The translations under genes and the position numbers were made by a program. Under the pieces are notes generated by a model. The model did no database searches. It was not told the DNA's origin and saw only the letters and a list, made by a program, of their open reading frames with translations. This document shows positions 22,476 to 31,707 of a stretch of DNA of 64,000 bases, one piece after another (position 1 is the stretch's first letter; each line of letters starts with the position of its first letter). The stretch lies in contig OZ316893.1 of assembly GCA_973895155.1 (NCBI GenBank), forward strand, positions 9,115,839 through 9,179,838, given 5' to 3'. The DNA comes from Marsupella aquatica (Eukaryota; Plantae; Marchantiophyta).

Positions 22476-23918
22476 TCAGGTAGCACGTGGAGCACAGGAA
22501 GGGCAAAACCACAACCCTTCTGGCACCTGGGAAAGTTCAGGCCGAAGGCAGAAAAGATGGTACCCTCCATTGCAATTGTCACACAGCAGCATCTGGTCAG
22601 CATCATCAATTCGCAAACACACTTTGCAAGGGTAATCCACAGGTGGGATCCAAGTAGAAGTGACAATGGTGGGATCCAGGTTAGGTAGATGACAAGGGGC
22701 ACAATTCTTGGCATTGTCAGCAATTGTGCGCCCATCTGCCCCTTGTAACTCTAGCACTCCAGACGGTCGAATAGCTTTAACCCTGAGAATAGTACGACTG
22801 GTAGAGGTGTCCAGGGTGTCGTTAGCTTGCCGCTGCAAGTACACAAAATCTCCCACATCAAACTGCCTGACCTTGGGCTGAAAAGTGCCCCCTCGTGTGT
22901 GTGCATAACGCAGTGTGTCCCTGTGCTGTGCAATGGCCAAATTCTCCATGGCCATGGGCATAACCCTCCTGAATAGGGCAGCCCTCTCAGAGATCACATC
23001 AGACCAAGTCACAGCTGAATCCAAGTCCACCACGTGAAGCATGTGAGCAGCAATAGCAGAAGGTGGAACTGGGTGACGACCAAACAACAAGAAGTAGGGA
23101 GAAAAGTTAGACAGTGATGCATGTCTGGACATCCTATACCCCATGGCAATGTAGGGTAAGGCCAGGTCCCAATCCTCCTTGTTTTTGGTAAGGCAGATCT
23201 TCCGGAGGTCCTTCTTGCATGTCTGAACCATGCGCTCTGCCAAGCCATCTGCCTGTGGGTGATCTCGTGATGTCCGACGATGATCAATGAGGGCCTGAGC
23301 AAGCAGCTCCTGGAACTCTCCTCTAAACTCTGAGCCCTGGTCAGTGAGACATTCTGCACAAGCTCCAAAACGACTGAGAACTTGTTGCAGGAATGCCTGG
23401 CTGGTGCTACGGGAGATCTTATCCGGCAATGCCACAAGTTCTATCCACTTGGAGAAATGCTCTATCATGATCATGATGTAGAGATTACCCCGAGACGTGA
23501 GGGGTAATTCTCCAGCCAAATCACATGACCAGTGATAAAACATGCCCTGAATAGGGAGTGGATGAAGTGTGGGTTGCCGAGATGTGAAAGAAGTCCTCAC
23601 CCTATCACACTGTTCACACCGGGCAATAACATCTCGGACCTGGCCATGCATGCCTCTCCAATGATAATGAGGGACCAAGAGGCTATAAGTCCTCTTAACG
23701 CCAAAATGACCAAGCTCAGAATGTACCTTACGGATAAGGCCAACCCTCTCATGAATGGGTGGAACCACCACTTCCCTGTCTGGCAAGCAGCGCACGAGAT
23801 GATCTCCCTTCCACAAGTAACGCTTGGACCTTTGCTGAATGCGGTCTCTCTGGGCAACAGTAACATGTACGGGTACTCCCCATGCTGCAAAAATCTCACA
23901 GTGTCGTTGTCCTCCCAT
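22476..23918 (-). CDS. DDE integrase with C-terminal PHD finger (frameshifted continuation of pol)
   Basis: HHCC zinc motif HSELGH..CEQC; catalytic WSCDLAG, LTDQGSEF, GLAERMV; PYFLLFG. C4HC3 PHD CKVC..LLCDNCNGGYHLFC..WFCPSC at 22494-22628. Confidence 0.93.
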   Translation of the reverse strand: MGGQRHCEIFAAWGVPVHVTVAQRDRIQQRSKRYLWKGDHLVRCLPDREVVVPPIHERVGLIRKVHSELGHFGVKRTYSLLVPHYHWRGMHGQVRDVIARCEQCDRVRTSFTSRQPTLHPLPIQGMFYHWSCDLAGELPLTSRGNLYIMIMIEHFSKWIELVALPDKISRSTSQAFLQQVLSRFGACAECLTDQGSEFRGEFQELLAQALIDHRRTSRDHPQADGLAERMVQTCKKDLRKICLTKNKEDWDLALPYIAMGYRMSRHASLSNFSPYFLLFGRHPVPPSAIAAHMLHVVDLDSAVTWSDVISERAALFRRVMPMAMENLAIAQHRDTLRYAHTRGGTFQPKVRQFDVGDFVYLQRQANDTLDTSTSRTILRVKAIRPSGVLELQGADGRTIADNAKNCAPCHLPNLDPTIVTSTWIPPVDYPCKVCLRIDDADQMLLCDNCNGGYHLFCLRPELSQVPEGLWFCPSCAPRAT

Positions 23919-26900
23919 ATGTCCACCATAGGTTGGTCAACAACGTAGCATGGCAGCAAAGCAAGATAAGTAGATGCATGAAATGTAGGCAGGATGGAAA
24001 CCTGGTCAAAATCCTGCCGTGCATTTGAGGAATCATCAGAGGCAATCAAAGGGCTGCGGGACATAGTGTCAGCATTTTGATGTGTCACACCAGGCCTATG
24101 AATTACCTCAAAATCATACTCCTGGAGTATGAGCGCCCAACGAGCAAGCTTGCCAGTAAGCTTGTCGTTGGTCATCAACCACTTTAAGGGCTGGTGGTCG
24201 GTGTAGAGAACAAACCTGGTCCCATAGAGGTAGGGCCTGTAATGTATGACAGCCCACACAACAGCAAGGCATTCACCCTCATAAGAAGAATAATGACTCT
24301 CTGCCTGATTGTTGCTCCTGGATGCATAGGCAATGACGTACTCTTTACCTTCCTCATCAGGCTGGCCCAGAATGGCATCAATCCCAAGGGCACTCCAATC
24401 TGTGTGTAGCACAAAGACCTTGCTGAAATCAGGTCTTCTAAGCACCGGGTATTCTGAGAGCTTCTCCTTCAAAGTGACAAATGTTGCCTCAGCATTTGTA
24501 CTCCATGTCCAAGTCACATTCTTTTTCAACAAAGAGTACAATGGATGTGCAATGGTACTGAAATCTTTGATGTAGATCCGGTAGTAATTGCACAACCCAA
24601 TAAAGCTCCTAAGAGTGTGAACATCAGTAGGAGTGGGCATTTCCAGGATGGATACCACTTTGGCCCAGTGAGCCATGGTTCCATTTGGAAAAATGCGGTG
24701 CCCAAGGTATACTACTGATCTGACAGCAAATTCACACTTCTTGGGGTGTATCTTCAGGTTCACCTTCTTGAGCCTCATGAATAGCTCCTCAAGGTCAAGT
24801 AGATGCTGGTCAAATCCTTTGTTGTGGACCAACACATCATCAATGTAGCATTTCAGAAACTCAACACCTTGAAGAACGTGGTCCATGACTCTTTGAAAGA
24901 ATATGGGCGCATTCTTCAAGCCAAATGGCATCACCAACCACTCCCATAGTTGGTTACTACCATGGAAAGCTGTTTTCTTGCGATCCTTTGCAAGCAGCAA
25001 AATCTGGTTAAAGCCTTGCCTTAGATCCACAAGAGTGAAGATGTCTGAGTCTCCAATGCTGTCAAATAGCTCCTCTGGCCGTGGCATGGGGTACCTGTCC
25101 TGGGGTGTGACCAGGTTCAGTGGCCTGTAGTCCCCACACATGCGCTTCTCTGTCCACAATCCACTGGAATCCTTCTTTGCTGGCATCACTGTAGCTGCTG
25201 CAAAATCTGATGTAGATGGCTGAATAAGACCAGCTTCATATAACTCTTGGCACCTCTCATCCACCAGCTGCCACTCATGCTTACTCAAACGATGTCTCCG
25301 CCTGAAGATAGGTGTTTCATCAGCCAACTCAATGGAGAACTGCATGGTCTTGCACTTACCCAAGTCCTTCATAGAGAAAGCAAACACATTCTCATACTTG
25401 AGGAGCAAATTCAGCAGCTGGTCCTTCTGCCTTTTACTCAGGTGGTTGCCCATGATGAATGTGTAGTTGGCAACACTAGGAATAGGACCTGATGTACTCG
25501 TGCTTGAAGAGCCAAAAGTGCCAGCCTCTCCACTGTCCAAGCTGCTAGCATGCTGCTGATAATGTGATGAGGCCTCTCCAAGGCCTGTTGTACTTGTTGC
25601 TCTGGTCTGATCCACACCATGAAACTCAAAAATAATGTCAGCCACGTTACAAGGGATCTCCTCCCCCCCAACACTTGGACTGAAGCGGTGAGTGTTGAAT
25701 AGAGGTAAGTGCACCTGGTCTGGATGCCATGTAGCAGCACCATGGAGTGGTAGAGCTGGAACTCCTGGTGCGGGATGAATGTACATCTGAAGAAGGATGC
25801 AAGTGACCAAAAGCCAAGTGAGAGCATGGAGATCCATTACCCTACCAAGTAAAGCATTCCTGGCCAGCCTGGTGATGTGGGTGTGGCCTGTAGTACCGGA
25901 TTGGAAGCCCATAGCCCGTTCTCTCTCCTCAGGACTAGGTTCATCCCAAGTACTGGTAGAATGTCGATAAACCAGGCCAGGACCATCACCCTGAAAGGCA
26001 TGTGCACCTAGAAAGGATACAAATGTAGGCCAAGCAGCACGGGGCTGTCTAATGGTATTGGCTGGATACCAAGGTGCTGGCTCTTGCCGTGTAACTGGTT
26101 GGCAAGAACTGTCAGGATCCAAAATCTGGTCCACTGTGAGGTTAGTGTCCCTGGATGTGTGGTGAAGAGCTAACTCCAACAAGGAAGGTGGTGCAAGGTT
26201 AGTCCAAAAGTTACGAAGACGATGTGCATAAGAACCACAGTGCACTGCATCAATGAGAAGGGGTGGTCCCAAGTAGTGTTGGACCACACTGAAATCTTCT
26301 TTGACCTGTGGACGCTGATCAAACTGAGATGGAGTATTCTCAATGATATAACCAACAGCAGGATAAAGGGATTGAGCCCAGGTGAGAATCTGAACCAATG
26401 CTGTGAAAAGGCCAGAACGAGAATCATGCAGTCCAGCATCGTGACCAGCAGCTAAAAACCCTTGGCATTCCCAACCAGCTATGATCAAATCAAGGGAGCC
26501 AAGAAGGGTTAAGTGCCGGTGCTGGACAAGCTGGATATATGGAGGAAAGAAAGAAAATGCAGACTTCCATGCACTGTGTGGAAACTGCTGGGGAAATCGC
26601 TTTGAAAATTCCAGCAGACGGGATTCAGCCACTTGCCTTGCACCTGGATCAATATCCACATAGATGTACTGCTTCACCACCATGCCAAACTGTAGGAGAG
26701 CTTCCAGGCCTGTAGAAATGCCACCAAAAAGCTCAAGCAATGTAAGGCCATCTGAAGGAGGAGTCCATGTAACTGGTGCGCTCAAGATTGGGGCTATTGG
26801 TTGGCCATTGTGCTGCCCAAGATCCTCAAATTTGCGCAATGCAGCCACCAAAGGTCCATGGGCTGCTTGGAGCCGTTGTACCACCTCTGGTTGATGATCC

Positions 26901-28282
26901 ACGCTGCTGGAAAGTGCTGCTATATGTGCAGCAGCATGTGCAGTAGCCACCTCATCGTCATCCTCCTCAATCCAATCTTGTAATGGGTGGTTGACATAGG
27001 TAGCTGTGTGCACTGCTTTCAACACACAGTGGTGAGCCATAGGTGTATGGGCACCATGCAAATCAAGTGGAATGTAGCCCAAGTGTGAGCCATCAGTATG
27101 CCAATCAACTCTGTAGTATGCATGCTCATGCCAGTTGTCAATGGTAAAACCTGGTGGGAACAAAGCCTCCTGGCCAATGAGCACATCATACGTAGTGGCA
27201 TTGGTAACCAAACATCTGACTGGGAAATGCAGTTCCTGATCTGTACCTCCATTAAAAGTGAGAGTGAGTAAAGTAGAACTCTCACCCAGCACATCCTCCA
27301 CAGTGCCACTAGCAGTCCGAATGTGCCACTTGGATTGCTGTAAGTGATCAGTCAACAGTCCCATCTTCTTGGCAAACTGAATGCCCAATATCACTGGTTG
27401 AGCACCTGTGTCTAGCATGACCACCTGAGGAGTGTGACCCTCCAACTTGACCACGGAATTCCTGTTGTCAACAATGGCAATGGTGGTGGAAACTGAAGTC
27501 CTGTCACTAGGCACCACTCTCGGCAAATGATGAGGTACCTTGTGAAGGGAGTTAGTGTCCACGGTCTTTCCACTCAACAACATAGCCAGGAAAGATGGAG
27601 CAGCATGACCAGAATCAAATGTAGCTCTGGTCACACAATCAGCAGCAATCGGTACTGGGGCAGCCAAACCAATGGAAACATGTAAAGGAGAAGAAGAAGG
27701 TCCAGTATGTACATGAGATTGGACCTCCAAAACCGGTGTCACAGGGGCTGATGAAGAATGCAGTGAACCCTCTAGCGCTCTGATGACAGCTCTAGCATCC
27801 AGCTGTAAATCATGGCAACTGAAAAGTGGAGTTGTAAGAATCCTTTGTGCCATACTGGAGGTGAAATGCTCAAGCAGCTCAGGAGAAACAACTCCCTGTG
27901 AAATGTCAGCAGCACCTGGTGGTGGAATGGATGTAGCTGCAGCTCCCTCCCCCCTCGCCAACAAGGTGCGCTCTTCAGCAAGTGTGAGTGGCTGAAAAGA
28001 TTGGGGCATGATAGCCTGAGCTCCCCTGGCTCTAGTTATAGGACTGGCAAGACCATCAGCCTGTACAATGCGGCGTGTGGGAGCAATACGGGAGGCAGCA
28101 CTAGCCTGTTGGTAAGCAAAATAGGAAGGGCAGAATGAATCTGAAAATTCTGCTGTAAGGCCAGGCTGTGGAGCAGAGGACAGCACACACTCACCCATAT
28201 GAGCATCAAATGGCAAGCCATAGAAAGAGCGGGGTAGAGGTGCTGAACTGTCAGTGGTGCCTGGGCCAGGGATGGGTTGCAC
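23597..28282 (-). CDS. Pol polyprotein: aspartic protease, C5-cytosine methyltransferase, reverse transcriptase, RNase H
   Basis: Protease VMLDTGA..YDVLIG (~27170-27420). MTase motifs at ~25820-26750. RT KRMCGDYRPLN, VMPFGLKNAP, YIDD (~24840). RNase H LHTDWS, YEGECLAV, YTDHQPL. The reading frame shifts to the integrase ORF near 23870. Confidence 0.93.
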   Translation of the reverse strand: MQPIPGPGTTDSSAPLPRSFYGLPFDAHMGECVLSSAPQPGLTAEFSDSFCPSYFAYQQASAASRIAPTRRIVQADGLASPITRARGAQAIMPQSFQPLTLAEERTLLARGEGAAATSIPPPGAADISQGVVSPELLEHFTSSMAQRILTTPLFSCHDLQLDARAVIRALEGSLHSSSAPVTPVLEVQSHVHTGPSSSPLHVSIGLAAPVPIAADCVTRATFDSGHAAPSFLAMLLSGKTVDTNSLHKVPHHLPRVVPSDRTSVSTTIAIVDNRNSVVKLEGHTPQVVMLDTGAQPVILGIQFAKKMGLLTDHLQQSKWHIRTASGTVEDVLGESSTLLTLTFNGGTDQELHFPVRCLVTNATTYDVLIGQEALFPPGFTIDNWHEHAYYRVDWHTDGSHLGYIPLDLHGAHTPMAHHCVLKAVHTATYVNHPLQDWIEEDDDEVATAHAAAHIAALSSSVDHQPEVVQRLQAAHGPLVAALRKFEDLGQHNGQPIAPILSAPVTWTPPSDGLTLLELFGGISTGLEALLQFGMVVKQYIYVDIDPGARQVAESRLLEFSKRFPQQFPHSAWKSAFSFFPPYIQLVQHRHLTLLGSLDLIIAGWECQGFLAAGHDAGLHDSRSGLFTALVQILTWAQSLYPAVGYIIENTPSQFDQRPQVKEDFSVVQHYLGPPLLIDAVHCGSYAHRLRNFWTNLAPPSLLELALHHTSRDTNLTVDQILDPDSSCQPVTRQEPAPWYPANTIRQPRAAWPTFVSFLGAHAFQGDGPGLVYRHSTSTWDEPSPEERERAMGFQSGTTGHTHITRLARNALLGRVMDLHALTWLLVTCILLQMYIHPAPGVPALPLHGAATWHPDQVHLPLFNTHRFSPSVGGEEIPCNVADIIFEFHGVDQTRATSTTGLGEASSHYQQHASSLDSGEAGTFGSSSTSTSGPIPSVANYTFIMGNHLSKRQKDQLLNLLLKYENVFAFSMKDLGKCKTMQFSIELADETPIFRRRHRLSKHEWQLVDERCQELYEAGLIQPSTSDFAAATVMPAKKDSSGLWTEKRMCGDYRPLNLVTPQDRYPMPRPEELFDSIGDSDIFTLVDLRQGFNQILLLAKDRKKTAFHGSNQLWEWLVMPFGLKNAPIFFQRVMDHVLQGVEFLKCYIDDVLVHNKGFDQHLLDLEELFMRLKKVNLKIHPKKCEFAVRSVVYLGHRIFPNGTMAHWAKVVSILEMPTPTDVHTLRSFIGLCNYYRIYIKDFSTIAHPLYSLLKKNVTWTWSTNAEATFVTLKEKLSEYPVLRRPDFSKVFVLHTDWSALGIDAILGQPDEEGKEYVIAYASRSNNQAESHYSSYEGECLAVVWAVIHYRPYLYGTRFVLYTDHQPLKWLMTNDKLTGKLARWALILQEYDFEVIHRPGVTHQNADTMSRSPLIASDDSSNARQDFDQVSILPTFHASTYLALLPCYVVDQPMVDIWEDNDTVRFLQHGEYPYMLLLPRETAFSKGPSVTCGREIISCAACQTGKWWFHPFMRGLALSVRYILSLVILALRGLIASWSLIIIGEACMARSEMLLPGVNSVIG
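25820..26750 (-). other. C5-cytosine DNA methyltransferase domain inside pol
   Basis: Motif I LELFGGIS, II YVDID, IV LIIAGWECQG (catalytic Cys), V DSRSGLF, VI YIIENT, VIII AHRLRNFW, IX ERERAMGF, X RNALLGRVMD, all in canonical order. Confidence 0.9.
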
Positions 28283-29835
28283 GTGACCGCCGGTTGAGAA
28301 GGACCAGCAGAGGCAGTTGACTTGCCTTTGATGTTGGCAAGTTGGGCACGTAGGGACTCAATCTCATGAGTCAGAGACTGGAGTTGAGTTGCCTGTGCGT
28401 TGTGAGCCTCCTTTTGAGCTAGTTGCTTTGGTTGCTTCTTGGGCGGTTTGTTGGCACTGGATGCTTTGCCACTGGAAGGAGGAGCAGTTGATGTAGTAGG
28501 AGCCCTCCTAGCTGGTGGGGGAGTGGAAGCAGGAGCAGGAGGAGGGGCCTGCTGGCGTAGCTGCTTCCTCTCTGGGAATTTGGCAAAACAAACTGCCTCC
28601 AAGTGACCCACTTTTCCGCAAAAATCACAAGACAGGTCCTCAGCAACAATATCACAGTCATTAGCCTTGTGATTGGGGTTACCACAGTAGTTGCAAGATG
28701 GCAGCATGAAAGCAGCATGGGCTGGCTTGGTCTTGGAACCATACTGTGGCACACGGGAAGGGGTGGCCAGTGTAGGGGCAGCAGCCCGGTACCTGGATCG
28801 CGGTGGACGTGCAATACTGGCCTCATAATGTGCATGGGCCAACTCAAGTTTCTCAGCAGTGTCATAGACATTGAGCAGGGTGTAGCTGTCTCCAAACTCT
28901 GAGAATACTTGCTGCAACACTTGCGAATGGAGAGCTAGTGTGCCCTCCAATGCGCGAAGATAGCGATGAGCAGCTTCCAGGTCAGTGATGCTCTGGGTGT
29001 CCTCCTTAAGCTTGAGAAGCCGACGATACATCATCTTCAAGGTTTCATCGCGTTGCCTCACAAAGGTGGCCAACTGCATGATTTTGTCAGCACTCTTGAT
29101 GGGGAATTCCAATTCAAGAACCTGGAAAAACTCAGCCACTGGATCAGCAAAGGCAGGGGAATCAATGGTGGGAGAAATGCCTGATGTAGCCTGTGCCAAG
29201 ATAGTGGGAGTAACTAGCGCAGTGGTAGGAACTGGAGTAGGAGGGGAAGTGGCAGGAGCAGCAGCATGGGCTGCAATGGCATTCTGTAATGCCAATTGTG
29301 AGGCAGCCGCAATTGCACTGGCATAAGCAGGGTTAGGCAATTGTGTGACAGCAAGCAGCCGTTGAGAGTGCTGCTCATACACATCCAAAGCCTCGTGGTG
29401 CACATACTTGGCTAGCTGCTTAAATGCAAAAGCATTTGTGAAATTGCTGCCGTACTTCAACTCCAATTCATAAACGACAGTGTAGAAAGTGGATTTGAAC
29501 TCACGTAAAGAAACAGTGCCTGGCCGCCCGCTGAAGCGCTCAATGCGGCCAGATGAGTGGCTAACATCCATGCTGTATGTCGGTGAAGCTGGAACAACCA
29601 CTGATGCAGAAGGGGTAAATGGCAAGGAAGTGGTAACAGGCTTCGGGTTAGTGGTGAAGCAACCGCCAAATTGAGCAGAAGGATTGCGTGGTGTGGGTGC
29701 TGCTGCTGTCTGCGGATGTCGTCGAAATTGCCGAGACTCCAATGAAATTGGCACCAATGGTCGTGGATCACTCCGTAAATGGTACCTGGGTGTCGGTGGT
29801 GATGTGCTGCTACCTCCTGGCTCGTCGGCTGACAT
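28036..29835 (-). CDS. Gag-like protein with two CCHC zinc knuckles
   Basis: IERFSG..LREF N-terminal capsid-like motif and QRDETLKMMYRRL major-homology-like motif. Knuckles CNYCGNPNHKANDC and CDFCGKVGHLEAVC. Confidence 0.9.
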   Translation of the reverse strand: MSADEPGGSSTSPPTPRYHLRSDPRPLVPISLESRQFRRHPQTAAAPTPRNPSAQFGGCFTTNPKPVTTSLPFTPSASVVVPASPTYSMDVSHSSGRIERFSGRPGTVSLREFKSTFYTVVYELELKYGSNFTNAFAFKQLAKYVHHEALDVYEQHSQRLLAVTQLPNPAYASAIAAASQLALQNAIAAHAAAPATSPPTPVPTTALVTPTILAQATSGISPTIDSPAFADPVAEFFQVLELEFPIKSADKIMQLATFVRQRDETLKMMYRRLLKLKEDTQSITDLEAAHRYLRALEGTLALHSQVLQQVFSEFGDSYTLLNVYDTAEKLELAHAHYEASIARPPRSRYRAAAPTLATPSRVPQYGSKTKPAHAAFMLPSCNYCGNPNHKANDCDIVAEDLSCDFCGKVGHLEAVCFAKFPERKQLRQQAPPPAPASTPPPARRAPTTSTAPPSSGKASSANKPPKKQPKQLAQKEAHNAQATQLQSLTHEIESLRAQLANIKGKSTASAGPSQPAVTCNPSLAQAPLTVQHLYPALSMACHLMLIWVSVCCPLLHSLALQQNFQIHSALPILLTNRLVLPPVLLPHAALYRLMVLPVL

Positions 29836-31349
29836 GCTGCATGCTCACCTGGGTGCCAATGGGAAAGAAACTGACAAGAAAAAGAAATGGCAGCCCCAAG
29901 GCTAGGAAATAAACGGTGCGAGGCAGAAATGTGTCGAATGTGTAAACACACAGAAAAATTGTCACAGAGAAAAACCGTCACCGGAGAAAAAGGACCCTTA
30001 AAACCACCAAATTGTCCCTTGTCGCACTTACCTATGTGTATACATAGGCGAAGCAAAGAATAAGGGAAAACGGGCCCCTAGAACGTGAAAGGAGGGCCCC
30101 CTTTACGTGTATACCTCGGGCCCCTTGTGGACCCGGAAACTGGCAGCAAAGGTATGCAAAAGTAGGTGGGACGGTCGTCGCACGGCGAAGGAGCAAGAAG
30201 GCCAAAAACTAAAAGAAAAGGGCCCCAATTAAGTGTATACACATGGGGGCAGGGCGTCGGCAGAAAAATGGTCGGCCGCAGTGCCCTATGCACATGCCCT
30301 CATGTGAGTCGAAAGACTCTGCAATCGTCGCGCAGCGGACGAGCGACCATGGAGGAACAGAAAAAGAAATAGAAGAAAAACGGCTTTGGCAAGGACGAAA
30401 GGAAAAGACGAGACCCAAGGCGAGGAAAAAGAAAAACGGGCCTTTAAGTGCTCTAGCCCTGCATAGGGCTTTGCGCACCCTTCCCCTCCTCTAATGTTCC
30501 ATAGGGCCTCGTGCCCTTGTCCTCGCCCCTGACAAAAGCACTCCCGTGTGAGGGAGTTTGAATTGAACTCCCCTGAGTCCCCTCCCCTGGTTTAATGCTG
30601 CCTAGGGCCTCGTGCCCTTCTTTCGCTTCCCCCTCCCCTCCTTAATGCTTCATAGGGCCTCGTGCCCTCTCCTGGCACACTCGCGCTGCCTTATGCTCGG
30701 CTCCCCTTCCCCCATGCTTTAATTCTCCATAGGGCTTCGTGCCCTCTGTCCTCTCGCTTGCTTATGGCAGGGCAAAAAGAAAGGGAGTCGAGGCAGGAAA
30801 AACGGGCGAGAAAATGCCGAAAAAGGGAAGAAACATCCCGGATTGAGGAGGGACTACGGCCGGTAAAGGGAGATACAGCCGAGGCAAGGGCATGGTGCCC
30901 TATGCACGGCCTGTGCAGGGCGTCGCGAGGCAACAAAACGGGCTCAACGGCAGCCGTGGCCGAAAAGTGGCAACAAACACAAAACGGCCCCAAAAGCAGT
31001 CGAGGCAACGGTTGATGCAACGTCGGCAGCAGCAGGTTGTGGCGGGAATGTGAAGGGCCAGCGGCCTACAAACCACGGGTTGCAGTCGGGAGGTGGTCGT
31101 GCGGCAAACGGCAGTGACAGTCGGAAGCAGCAAAGGAGTCGCGGATGCAACCGGAAAGGGAACTCCTGACCCCTTCGGAAGCATGGATATGTGTATACAC
31201 TTAAGTATACACATAACCACATAAACCCATAACTTTCATTCCGTCGCTCCAATGTTCGTCAAAGAAATTGCAATGGCTTCACCAAAAATTGTCGAAATCG
31301 CCACGAGCAATCTTCTTCCCGTCACCGCTAACTCGACAGTTCTTCTTGA

Positions 31350-31707
31350 ATAAAAGGCGTGATAGAAACAAGTGTACTGAAATCGAATCGAAAACCGGTG
31401 AGATGCCAAGATCGGCCGGGAGCATCTAACGAATCACTGTGTGAATCCCGTGTACGGAACCGACGAGCACTGTCTGAGCTCTGTCGACAGCAATTCAAGA
31501 AGAACTGAAAACCCACAAAGAAAGACATGCCCTAAGCAAGCAAAGTCCTGGCGTCACACTAACAAACACATTTGCTTCAAGAACGGCCCAGACTTGCTAC
31601 AAGAACATGTCGCTAACTCAGGTAGTACACTAGCCCTAACTACATACCTAGCGGGCATGAGAGGGACATGCCGATGTGCATAAGAGGCACTGTCCCTCAG
31701 CATGACA
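31350..31707 (-). repeat. Repeat A1 (358 bp), 5' end of the element
   Basis: Matches 21902-22259 with about 7 substitutions by eye. Confidence 0.95.

Larger units (their letters stand above)
21727..31707 (-). mobile_element. Ty3/Gypsy-type retrotransposon with C5-DNA methyltransferase, PHD-tailed integrase and split direct repeats
   Basis: Ends TGTCGTG.. and ..CATGACA with 4-bp TSD GCCC (21723-21726, 31708-31711). Domain order gag-PR-DNMT-RT-RH-INT-PHD. Terminal repeats are arranged A1-ORFs-B1-A2-B2. Confidence 0.95.

Noticed and set aside
25820-26750. Bacterial restriction-modification gene or contamination
   Set aside because: The domain is in frame within pol, no endonuclease lies nearby, and the flanks are intron-rich plant genes.
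21902-31707. Reading A1 and A2 as ordinary paired LTRs
   Set aside because: There is no TSD around that pair, no PPT before A2 and no PBS after A1. The TSD and TG..CA ends only appear when B2 is included.
21727-31707. Classification as a DIRS/PAT/Ngaro element because of split repeats and a methyltransferase
   Set aside because: It has an aspartic protease and an HHCC/DDE integrase, and I see no tyrosine recombinase. The MTase is C5-type and upstream of RT, unlike the adenine-MTase-like domain of DIRS.
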